Source: a virus (taxonomy: Duplodnaviria; Caudoviricetes). Taken from it: DNA of 44,965 nucleotides. This document shows positions 9,928 through 17,086 of the stretch, piece by piece. A program made the translations under genes and the position numbers. The notes under the pieces are model-generated. The model ran no database searches. It was not told the DNA's origin and saw nothing but the letters and a program-made list of their open reading frames with translations. Location of the stretch: the IMG/VR virus record IMGVR_UViG_3300032136_000008, positions 1 through 44,965 of that record. One strand, written 5' to 3'. Numbering within the stretch: the stretch's first letter is position 1; each line of letters opens with the position of its first letter.

Positions 9928-10369
9928 AGACCTTTTCCCTTGCTTGATTAATCACAGTAATATCCACATGCGTATGCGTCGACGCGGCGGGCAGGGGCCC
10001 TCCAGCCTGGACATTAACCTGTGCGCCTTTGGCCCCGTATCCAAGGCGCCCAAGGGTTTTATCCGCCACGGCAAGGATGAAGGCCGGATCCTGGGAATCG
10101 TCCACGGCGTCGCCGAGTTTTTCCACCGCCCTATGCGCAATTCCTACAACCTTTTCCTGCAGCGAAAGATGAATCGTATCCGCAATCTCCCGATTCCTTT
10201 GCTGCAAGTATTCGCGAAAAACTTCGGAATTCGTCACAATGGAAACCCAGGAAACACTCATCCCCACGGCCGCCGCGATTTCTTTTAACCTCGCCGACGG
10301 GTTCGCCAGGAGATATTCCGCGATCGCCATGTGCCGGTGATTTAATTCGACTAATTGAACCTGCGCCAT
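9770..10369 (-). CDS. terS: Terminase small subunit (putative)
   Basis: N-terminal HTH (LKEIAAAVGMSVSWVSIV) followed by helical segments. First gene of the late arm, upstream of terL. Confidence 0.7.
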   Translation of the reverse strand: MAQVQLVELNHRHMAIAEYLLANPSARLKEIAAAVGMSVSWVSIVTNSEVFREYLQQRNREIADTIHLSLQEKVVGIAHRAVEKLGDAVDDSQDPAFILAVADKTLGRLGYGAKGAQVNVQAGGPLPAASTHTHVDITVINQAREKVYALAGHGRDNAQNPAAPARLPANIQTDRVGTLIDGAGIFEKEEAQGPKSAGD

Positions 10370-10402
10370 GAGCTTTTCTTAAAACATCCTCCACATGGCT
10401 AT

Positions 10403-10431
10403 ATTATATCTCCGAACCTTCCAGGTGTCAA
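10403..10431 (-). promoter_or_regulatory. Consensus sigma70 promoter for the packaging/structural arm
   Basis: On the - strand: TTGACA-cctggaaggttcggaga (17 nt)-TATAAT, a perfect consensus. Confidence 0.85.
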
Positions 10432-10444
10432 GTTTTTTCGGCAA

Positions 10445-10600
10445 GGGGGAAGCGGCGACTCTGGGGAGGCGACTATGGGGGAAGGCGAAGGCTGGGGGAA
10501 TAAACGTCACCATTTATTCTCTAATTTTTAGCACCCCCACCTGTCGCCATAAGATATAGGGGGAGGGGGCCATCATGGGGAGGGGGCGGGGGTCGAGGGA
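10445..10600 (+). repeat. G-rich, strand-asymmetric tract with three GGCGA...GGGGA repeats
   Basis: GGCGACTCTGGGGA, GGCGACTATGGGGGA and GGCGAAGGCTGGGGGA, then multiple G4-G5 runs at 10559-10600. Confidence 0.7.
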
Positions 10601-10654
10601 ATGGCAAATAGCTGGAAATCGGGAGGAATTTATGTAGGTCATAAAAAAATTTGA

Positions 10655-10683
10655 TTGGCATCTGTGCCGATGTGTGCTAAGAT
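10655..10683 (+). promoter_or_regulatory. First early promoter (sigma70-like, extended -10)
   Basis: TTGGCA-17 nt-TAAGAT with TG at the extended -10 position and an A-tract upstream. Confidence 0.6.
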
Positions 10684-10747
10684 TAGATTGAGGGTGGCGG
10701 ATGGGCCGCTATCCAGTGAGCCGGACTGGCCGCGGGTGTTCCCGCGA

Positions 10748-10758
10748 TTCTTTAACAA
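10748..10758 (+). promoter_or_regulatory. boxA-like antitermination element in a structured leader
   Basis: TTCTTTAACAA resembles rrn/lambdoid boxA (TGCTCTTTAACA). Preceded by hairpin CGCGGG-TGTT-CCCGCG. Confidence 0.55.
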
Positions 10759-10839
10759 GTTGGTGTGCGGTTGGCAGATAGCTTTGGGCTATCGCCTAGA
10801 CGCCATTGTGATGTTTAATTTAACGCAATGGAGTTGATT

Positions 10840-11379
10840 ATGAAAATCGCAAAGAAAGAAGTGGTGTTCGAAAATGGTACGCCTATCACGGTTCTGTTCA
10901 AATGGACCGACGGTGCGCCGCCGACAAGGATCGACCTTGATCAGTTGAATGGCATGGATGATTGGTTCAAGGCCATGGGCGTGCAACAGAAGTTCGGGGA
11001 CGCCTATTCGGGGCTGAATGATATCCCGGCGGATCGTCGGGTAGCTGAAGCTCGGAAGATTGTCGAGGATCTGATTCAACAGGTCATCGGGAATCGGGAA
11101 TGGGCTAAGAAAGGACCACGTGGCGAATCGAAGGATATTCTCGCCGAGGCTATTCATCGTTGCATGGAAGACAATCCGGCCACGAAATCGCCTGGGGTGG
11201 ATACCATCCGGGGTAAATTGGATACCATGGACGCGGATGAAATCAAAGCCATGAAGGCGAAATGGAAAACGATCGACCTCGAGATCGAAAAGATCAAAGT
11301 CGAACGAAAGGAGCGGAAGCTGAAAGGCGCGGAAGATGATGTCGCCGGGGTGGAGGATGTCGCGGCGATGTTTGAATAA
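10840..11379 (+). CDS. Early protein of unknown function, paralogue of 12484..12996
   Basis: GGAG RBS favours ATG 10840 over 10828. Contains GVQQKFGDAYSG and ends VEDVAAMFE. Confidence 0.85.
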   Translation: MKIAKKEVVFENGTPITVLFKWTDGAPPTRIDLDQLNGMDDWFKAMGVQQKFGDAYSGLNDIPADRRVAEARKIVEDLIQQVIGNREWAKKGPRGESKDILAEAIHRCMEDNPATKSPGVDTIRGKLDTMDADEIKAMKAKWKTIDLEIEKIKVERKERKLKGAEDDVAGVEDVAAMFE

Positions 11380-11390
11380 GGATTGAATTC

Positions 11391-11404
11391 GGCCATGGAT
11401 GGCC
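11391..11404. repeat. GGCCATGGATGGCC element, copy 1
   Basis: Exact 14-mer repeated at 11662-11675. Interrupted palindrome just upstream of an RBS. Confidence 0.85.
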
Positions 11405-11422
11405 TTTTCTTAGGAGACGACT

Positions 11423-11653
11423 ATGGATAAAGCAAAAATCAAAGAATTGATCACGCTTTCTGATAAAACTTTGATCGAATACGCGCTGCGGCAACAGATT
11501 TCCGACATGCTGCTTAATGCAGAATTCCAAAGCAAAGCAGAGCGGAAAGAAAAGATTTCTGCCATTGTGGCGAAACTTTTAGAATTACGCGAACAACATC
11601 AACAAATGGGAATAGACGCCGAATGGAAACAATACCTCGGCAGCAGGAAGTAA
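11423..11653 (+). CDS. Hypothetical protein (76 aa)
   Basis: AGGAG RBS; charged helical sequence. Confidence 0.75.
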   Translation: MDKAKIKELITLSDKTLIEYALRQQISDMLLNAEFQSKAERKEKISAIVAKLLELREQHQQMGIDAEWKQYLGSRK

Positions 11654-11661
11654 CCCCCATG

Positions 11662-11675
11662 GGCCATGGATGGCC
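11662..11675. repeat. GGCCATGGATGGCC element, copy 2
   Basis: Identical to 11391-11404 and again just upstream of an RBS. Confidence 0.85.
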
Positions 11676-11693
11676 AATTTTAAGGAGATCAAT

Positions 11694-11846
11694 ATGAACA
11701 TCATTGATACCCTATCCAAACAAGACTGGATGGAAATCTGGTTATACCTTGAAGATAACGAGGACGGCCCACACATCGTATTTGACGACTATCAAAGTGA
11801 ACTATTGAATACTTGGTATAAAGACCTGCCGGATTATCCGGATTAG
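11694..11846 (+). CDS. Small acidic hypothetical protein (50 aa; below the ORF-track cutoff)
   Basis: AAGGAG RBS. Reads MNIIDTLSKQDWMEIWLYLEDNEDGPHIVFDDYQSELLNTWYKDLPDYPD and is followed by a terminator. Confidence 0.7.
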   Translation: MNIIDTLSKQDWMEIWLYLEDNEDGPHIVFDDYQSELLNTWYKDLPDYPD

Positions 11847-11866
11847 ACAGAAACCCCCCCCCCCAT

Positions 11867-11898
11867 GGGCGGCCCACGCGGTCGCCTTTTTTTTTTTT
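11867..11898 (+). terminator. Intrinsic terminator
   Basis: GGGCGGCC-CACGC-GGTCGCCT stem with a 12-T run. Confidence 0.85.
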
Positions 11899-11970
11899 AA
11901 TTTTCCCCCCTTAAGTATTCAACCATTTGGAGGTTTTTCTCGGCGGGGCTCCGGGGAAGAAAGGGGATAT

Positions 11971-12006
11971 GGCTGAGAAGGCTGGAATGGCTGGAATGGC
12001 TGGGAT
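11971..12006 (+). repeat. Four tandem 9-bp repeats (GGCTGRRAW), iteron-like
   Basis: ggctgagaa ggctggaat ggctggaat ggctgggat. Confidence 0.8.
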
Positions 12007-12016
12007 AAAGGGAATT

Positions 12017-12350
12017 GGCTAGGGATGTTCTCGGGGGTTTCTGAAAAGTTCTGTTATCCCTGTGCAACGGCGTCCACGGGGCATATCTTTGGGGATATAT
12101 GTCGTTAAATATTCCCCCATCCCCTCCATTGATTCCCCATATACTCCACTTTAATTTTCTTCTTTTTATTTTTATTTTTTTTTTATAAGATAGATATTAG
12201 GGGGAGGGGGAAAAGAGAATGTGCCAAGGTTAGAAGAAGGCTGGGAATATATAATGCCATTTATCCCCGTCGACGCCGATTTATGCCCCGTGGACGGCCG
12301 TATACAGCCACAACAGAACTTCACAGCCCACCCCCAGACCATCCCCAGCC
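12017..12350. other. Long imperfect inverted repeat with AT-rich centre; candidate replication origin
   Basis: Perfect reverse-complement blocks 12071-12085/12282-12296 (15 bp) and 12046-12055/12312-12321 (10 bp), plus 12091-12116/12243-12268 (22 of 26). T-rich core at ~12150-12190. Confidence 0.6.
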
Positions 12351-12395
12351 ACGCCCCACCAACCACGGCACATCCGAGGCCAGCTAAAAAAAGTC

Positions 12396-12425
12396 TTGAC
12401 ACCTGGGATATGGATATGCCATAAT
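12396..12425 (+). promoter_or_regulatory. Sigma70 promoter (CTTGACACCTGG family)
   Basis: TTGACA-18 nt-CATAAT with extended TG and an A-tract upstream. Confidence 0.8.
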
Positions 12426-12483
12426 GGATTCACGGTGGGGGAAATAAGTCCTTCGCCGGTTTATTGATTTAGGAGATTCTAAA

Positions 12484-12996
12484 ATGCCCAAGGGTAAAGC
12501 GGTTTGTAAAAAAGCGGTGCTGGAAGATTCGAGCGGAGTTGATTTTAATTTCGAAAACGGAAATAGTCTGAATGCTCGGCTGGCCGAATTGCCAGAGGAA
12601 ATCGTAGTCCAACTGGCCTTGTACGGGCTGAGCCAGAAGGTTGGAGATTCCTATTCCGGTGTGGATGGGAATATTGAGGAAGCCGAGGAGCTGGCCAATG
12701 GGGTCTATGATCGGCTGAAGAAAGGCGAGTTCAAAGCGAGTCGCGAATCCTCGGGTTCAGGGCGGGTTAGCGATCTTGCCCGGGCTTTGGCGCAGGTGGC
12801 GGGAGTTGACCTTTCGGCGGCGGTTGAGAAGCTGGCCGAGATGGACAAGGATGCAAAGAAGGGGCTGAAGGAGAATCTGCACATCCAGCGCGCGCTGACC
12901 GAAATTCAGAAAGCAAAATTGGCGGAAAAAGAGGCCAAGCTGGCCGAGGAAGCCAAGGATATGGATGTGGAAGATCTCGGCGCCATGTTCAGTTAA
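12484..12996 (+). CDS. Early protein of unknown function, paralogue of 10840..11379
   Basis: AGGAG RBS. Contains GLSQKVGDSYSG and ends VEDLGAMFS. Has its own promoter and terminator. Confidence 0.9.
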   Translation: MPKGKAVCKKAVLEDSSGVDFNFENGNSLNARLAELPEEIVVQLALYGLSQKVGDSYSGVDGNIEEAEELANGVYDRLKKGEFKASRESSGSGRVSDLARALAQVAGVDLSAAVEKLAEMDKDAKKGLKENLHIQRALTEIQKAKLAEKEAKLAEEAKDMDVEDLGAMFS

Positions 12997-13026
12997 AAGC
13001 ACCATGTAGCCTCTCGGAGGTTAAGG

Positions 13027-13060
13027 AAAGGAGGATGGGGAAACCTGTCCTCCTTTTTTT
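13027..13060 (+). terminator. Intrinsic terminator
   Basis: AAAGGAGGATGGG-GAAA-CCTGTCCTCCTTT followed by a T run. Confidence 0.85.
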
Positions 13061-13090
13061 GGGAGGGAAGAAAAATAAACGGGGGGAAAT

Positions 13091-13148
13091 ATTATTTAAT
13101 AAACACCATTAAATAATGCTTGCAACCTCCCCCAACATATGCCATAAT
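13091..13148 (+). promoter_or_regulatory. Promoter with an upstream palindromic operator-like site
   Basis: ATTATTTAAT-7 nt-ATTAAATAAT (13091-13117), then TTGCAA-17 nt-CATAAT (13120-13148) with extended TG. Confidence 0.65.
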
Positions 13149-13209
13149 CCGATTATGGCCGAAATATTTTTCCGCCATGTTGATTACCTGAATAAAAGGT
13201 CAAGATAAT

Positions 13210-13476
13210 ATGAACGCAATCGAAAAACTCGCCCAAGACTTTGGCTGGATCGAAGATCAAGATTCAGCTTTTTCCTTTTTAGAAATGGTGGATTCTGAAA
13301 TCGTAGACATCCTGGACGCATACGAAGATGAATATTCATTTTTTCCTTATGACGAATGCCCATTGAATCCAAAACAAACCTGGATCGAATGGGCCGTAAG
13401 TTTGGTAAAGCAAAGAGCAGAAATTCACGATGTGCTTTATCCTGAAGAAACGAAGAAATTGCTAAGTCTTTTTTAA
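13210..13476 (+). CDS. Hypothetical protein (88 aa)
   Basis: First ORF after the promoter; AAGG RBS. Confidence 0.7.
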   Translation: MNAIEKLAQDFGWIEDQDSAFSFLEMVDSEIVDILDAYEDEYSFFPYDECPLNPKQTWIEWAVSLVKQRAEIHDVLYPEETKKLLSLF

Positions 13477-13492
13477 GTAAGAGGAATTCAAA

Positions 13493-13855
13493 ATGAACTT
13501 AATTGAAATACTTGAAACCAATATGGTCTTCGAAGATGGAGATATGGGAACCTGGGTCACAGATGTTAAAATCAAAGGTTCGAATAATGGAGAGGAAATC
13601 TTCCTCACCGTCCGGGTTCTTATGGACACCCAGGATATCAATGTCAAGCTCCTGGAATACGAGGACTCATTCAGCGCAGAAAAAGATCAAACAAACATCG
13701 TTCCTGAGTTCAATAACAACATTTCCCGGAACCTTTTCCACTGGAATGATTTTATGCTCCAGAACGTTGGAGCAAATGTGCAAAAAGCCGCAATCCTAGT
13801 CGCCATGAGTCTGATTCTTGGCGATGATCTTTTGCCTCCTGTTTTGGTTAATTAA
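13493..13855 (+). CDS. Hypothetical protein (120 aa)
   Basis: GAGG RBS inside a 20-nt repeat shared with the next gene. Confidence 0.75.
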   Translation: MNLIEILETNMVFEDGDMGTWVTDVKIKGSNNGEEIFLTVRVLMDTQDINVKLLEYEDSFSAEKDQTNIVPEFNNNISRNLFHWNDFMLQNVGANVQKAAILVAMSLILGDDLLPPVLVN

Positions 13856-13867
13856 GAGGAATTCAAA

Positions 13868-14350
13868 ATGAATCTAAATCTAAACAGCCATATCGACGCC
13901 CTTGCCGAGCGCGAGAAACATAATCGCAAGCAAAACATTCTCCTCGCCAAGGCGCAACAAAGCCTCGCAGCCAATGAGGATAAGATTAAGAAACTAATCG
14001 AATTCACCGAGTTGCCAATCACCTCTATCGCGGTGAGCAATGTTTGGCCTTATCGAGATCAAATCGTTTCGGGAATAAGTTTCCTCGAAATCCGAGCCTA
14101 TTGCGCCTTGGACGAGGAAACCTTCTTCGCCATGAGCCCATGGATGGAGTGGCAATCAATCAACGTGCTCTGGAATATCCCCGAATATCAAGGATTGATT
14201 CGAATCGCCGACGGCGAGATTATGCTCAGCATAAATATTTCGGCAAAAGTGGCAGAGGAAGATGTTAAAACCCTAGAGAATATGGAAAAAATCATCTACG
14301 AATCCCCGGCCACTCCTGAACCCGAAATGCGGGTAAATTGCCAAGTCTAG
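13868..14350 (+). CDS. Hypothetical protein (160 aa)
   Basis: GAGG RBS; in tandem with neighbours. Confidence 0.75.
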   Translation: MNLNLNSHIDALAEREKHNRKQNILLAKAQQSLAANEDKIKKLIEFTELPITSIAVSNVWPYRDQIVSGISFLEIRAYCALDEETFFAMSPWMEWQSINVLWNIPEYQGLIRIADGEIMLSINISAKVAEEDVKTLENMEKIIYESPATPEPEMRVNCQV

Positions 14351-14395
14351 TCCAGACCGGGGCGTCTTCAAGGAGGGCGCCCTAGCCTGGGTTAG
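14347..14395 (+). promoter_or_regulatory. Long intergenic RNA hairpin, RNase III-site-like
   Basis: About 23-bp stem with five G-U pairs and two mismatches, AAG loop, no U tail. Confidence 0.5.
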
Positions 14396-14420
14396 CCAGG
14401 AAAACAAAACGGAGACCAGA

Positions 14421-14675
14421 ATGTTATCCAAAACGCAAATTAATATCCTTCTCCTCGCAAAAGGCGGGCAAGTTATTCCCTACCGCCGGAGCTGGAAACC
14501 GCAAACCCTGGCTTCTCTCGAGCGCCGGGGATTTATTTTCCTTTATCGAGAGGGAATCCGGGTCACTCGCGCCGGGGATCAAGTTCTTGAAATGGAACTT
14601 AAACACGAGTTTGCCGAATGGCGCGAGCATCTTAACCGCGCCGTCTCGTTTCGGAAGAATAGCTTGAGGAAATAA
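14421..14675 (+). CDS. Small basic protein, winged-helix-like
   Basis: GGAG RBS. TLASLERRGFI....IRVTRAG resembles a wHTH wing pattern. Confidence 0.6.
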   Translation: MLSKTQINILLLAKGGQVIPYRRSWKPQTLASLERRGFIFLYREGIRVTRAGDQVLEMELKHEFAEWREHLNRAVSFRKNSLRK

Positions 14676-14677
14676 CC

Positions 14678-15388
14678 ATGTGCAAAGAAACTAACGCAAC
14701 GCAAATCCCGGAATTGCTCCAGTCCGCCCTTAACCTGGCCGAGGAGCATTATTGGCTCGTCAACAAAGCCGAGAAATATTATAATGATCTCGATTATCGG
14801 CTGCAGAATATTCTCGATAATTATTTGAAAAACCCGAGCCTTACCCATCGCCAAGCCAATTGGCTGGAAAACGAATTAGCCAAATTCACCGAAATCAAGC
14901 CCTTATACGGCGATTTCAAGGCGGTGCAAGTGATGTTCACCATCGCCTCGAATCACTTAAAACGGCCAAAGATTCGCCTCCTGACCAAGGAAAACACTTT
15001 TATCCAGTTAACCTTTATCCCTGGAGAAAAGACCATTATCCTCCATCGCGGCGGCTGGGCCGGGCATGGGCAAAGAGTCTATCTTGGCAAAATAACCCCA
15101 GAGAATCAAATCATTCCCAAATTTTCCGGGGCGATTACGGAGGATATCGAAAATTGCCTCCAAGAATTTTCCCTCAATCCCGCCGCCGTGGCTAAGGCCA
15201 GTGCCTTGAAGCTCGGAGCTTGCGGCTTCTGCGGCCAAAGGTTAACGGATCAAGAAAGCAAATCCAAGGGCTATGGGCCAATATGCGCCGATCACTTTGG
15301 CCTCCCTTGGGGGAAAACTAATGAAGCTGCCATTGCCCGGCGGAACAAGACCGCCCAAGCAGATGATCTTTCCAGCCTTTTTGCATAA
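14678..15388 (+). CDS. DUF6011-like zinc-finger protein
   Basis: C-terminal CGFCGQRLTDQESKSKGYGPICA signature. Confidence 0.8.
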   Translation: MCKETNATQIPELLQSALNLAEEHYWLVNKAEKYYNDLDYRLQNILDNYLKNPSLTHRQANWLENELAKFTEIKPLYGDFKAVQVMFTIASNHLKRPKIRLLTKENTFIQLTFIPGEKTIILHRGGWAGHGQRVYLGKITPENQIIPKFSGAITEDIENCLQEFSLNPAAVAKASALKLGACGFCGQRLTDQESKSKGYGPICADHFGLPWGKTNEAAIARRNKTAQADDLSSLFA

Positions 15389-15399
15389 GGAGACATAAA

Positions 15400-15696
15400 A
15401 TGAATAGAACCATTCACTCTTTCCATGGCAATCATCGGACTTTTGATTTTGAGCAAATCGAAGCCGGAGTTATTATTACCATTTATCCTCCGATCTGCTT
15501 TAACCAAGGGCGCAAAGTCCATCTTTTCCCCAATGAAACCCTGCCGGATATTGAAAAAACCCAACAATGGGCCGAGGGAATTGGACATATCCAAGATATG
15601 CTAAAACCCCTATCCGCCAACGCGATGGAGTTTCTTATCTCCGGCATGACGCCCGAGGAATGGAATCTGCTTTTTCCCGAGGAAGAAACCGAGTGA
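15400..15696 (+). CDS. Conserved-type phage hypothetical protein (98 aa)
   Basis: AAGGAG RBS. IQD....LSA...EFLISGMTPEEW is a motif I recall from other phage small proteins. Confidence 0.7.
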   Translation: MNRTIHSFHGNHRTFDFEQIEAGVIITIYPPICFNQGRKVHLFPNETLPDIEKTQQWAEGIGHIQDMLKPLSANAMEFLISGMTPEEWNLLFPEEETE

Positions 15697-16085
15697 AAAA
15701 GATAATAGCTATGCTGGCAATAACCGCGGCGACTGGGCCAATTCATGCCGAATGCGTCGACTGGCTGCCGGTATTCATCAAAGTCCCAAGTGAATGCCCA
15801 ATGTGCCCGGATCTGCCAGCCGTACCGGAGGGCTGCACCCATTACACCCAGATCACGCCGTCGATTTCGGTGGTCAACTGGCGCACGCTGCAGTTCCAAG
15901 CTGGCCCCTGGCTGCAGGAAGTGCAACACGTTATCGAGGTTGATCAAAGCCAGTGCCAATGGGATTCCTGGTCAAGCAGGTGGAATTGCACCGTATCGTG
16001 GGACGTTCCCCCGGGCGCATGGTGGTGGCAGTGGACAGACAGCCAGTACCCCCTGGGGACGCAGCGGTGCCTTTGGAATTTTTAA
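15693..16085 (+). CDS. Putative secreted Cys/Trp-rich protein (130 aa)
   Basis: GTG start overlaps the previous stop (GTGA). MKKIIAMLAITAATGPIHA resembles a Sec signal peptide; 7 Cys. Confidence 0.65.
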   Translation: MKKIIAMLAITAATGPIHAECVDWLPVFIKVPSECPMCPDLPAVPEGCTHYTQITPSISVVNWRTLQFQAGPWLQEVQHVIEVDQSQCQWDSWSSRWNCTVSWDVPPGAWWWQWTDSQYPLGTQRCLWNF

Positions 16086-16102
16086 CAAAGGAGCAACTTT
16101 TA

Positions 16103-16372
16103 ATGCCCAAACTACTAACCTATTCCGGCGAGTTGCCTAACGGATCTCGCCTTCCGATTCTTGTAAAATATATCCGAGATTCGGCCATGGCGGAAACCTT
16201 GGAATATCCCGCCGAGGTTGCGGAGATTGAAATAAGTTATGTTCATGTAATTTGCATGAGCAAAACTTTCGAAATCACCGACGCCTTGAGCCAGGAAACC
16301 CTAGACCAAATCATGCAGGACATTGAACTCCATCACCAAGCCCTGCGGGAGGAATATTTCTATGCCCTCTAA
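16103..16372 (+). CDS. Hypothetical protein (89 aa)
   Basis: AAGGAG RBS before ATG 16103, which is downstream of the ORF-track start. Confidence 0.65.
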   Translation: MPKLLTYSGELPNGSRLPILVKYIRDSAMAETLEYPAEVAEIEISYVHVICMSKTFEITDALSQETLDQIMQDIELHHQALREEYFYAL

Positions 16373-17021
16373 TTCTTTCCGCAATAAATCCGGGCAATAT
16401 ACTCCGGGCGGAAACCTTACCTTAAACGACCTCCGCAGTTGGATCTGGCGGACACCAGGGGATCATTGGCTCCCGCCGCCGACTCTGCCTATCGGAGGAG
16501 GAAAACCCTGGCGCATCCCGAGAAACAGGTTTCCTGAATTAGTCGGAATCTTTCCTCCCGATTCTCGCCCCTCGGTGAGGAAGGTTTTCTGGACCACAAA
16601 ACACAACCATATCCCCGAGCGCCTTCGCACGACTTGCACTTGCAAAGGCTGCCTTAACCCTGACCATCAAGAGGAAATTTACATGACCCCCGAGGAAGTT
16701 TATTTTACCTATTTCATCAAGGCTTTTGAATTCGCCGAAAAAGGAGAAGTTCTTTCCCTGAATTTCGCCAACGAGGGAGAAGCTGTGACCTATCGCCAGC
16801 GCCTCAATGCCTTCCGCCATAGAGGGCTTTCCGAGCATCGACTTCCCGAATCTTGGAAAGATCTTTCCCTCCGAATTCGAAAAGATGGAGAGCAATTTAT
16901 CCTCTTCGCCGATTTGCCGTCTTCTTCCCTCGAAACCGCCTTGGCCGCGGCACTGGGAGTCGAATCCCTAGAGGAGAATAGTCAGCCCAGCGCCCTTGAT
17001 CTTTTGAATGAACTGGAATAA
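16362..17021 (+). CDS. Degenerate HNH-like domain fused to a domain similar to 19007..19273
   Basis: GGAGG RBS at 16362. VRKVFW...IPERLRTTCTCKGCLNPDH resembles HNH. An in-frame internal start at 16683 has a GAGGA RBS. Confidence 0.55.
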   Translation: MPSNSFRNKSGQYTPGGNLTLNDLRSWIWRTPGDHWLPPPTLPIGGGKPWRIPRNRFPELVGIFPPDSRPSVRKVFWTTKHNHIPERLRTTCTCKGCLNPDHQEEIYMTPEEVYFTYFIKAFEFAEKGEVLSLNFANEGEAVTYRQRLNAFRHRGLSEHRLPESWKDLSLRIRKDGEQFILFADLPSSSLETALAAALGVESLEENSQPSALDLLNELE

Positions 17022-17026
17022 ACTGC

Positions 17027-17055
17027 TTGACAACTGGTGCCGTTTATTGCATAAT
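17027..17055 (+). promoter_or_regulatory. Sigma70 promoter (CTTGACAACTGG family)
   Basis: TTGACA-17 nt-CATAAT in an intergenic gap. Confidence 0.8.
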
Positions 17056-17086
17056 AAATAGCACCATCAAACCCCGGAGACCTTTC

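Noticed and set aside
11854-11898. C11 and T12 homopolymers as phase-variation tracts
   Set aside because: Both are intergenic and the T run is the terminator tail. Exact lengths may also be sequencing-dependent.
11971-12006. CRISPR-like or mini-array
   Set aside because: 9-bp tandem units without spacers. The Cas4-like gene at 19302 is the usual stand-alone phage exonuclease, with no cas1/cas2.
12172-12424. ORFs 12172..12402(-) and 12221..12424(+)
   Set aside because: Low-complexity translations lying inside the inverted-repeat region and promoter; more likely non-coding.
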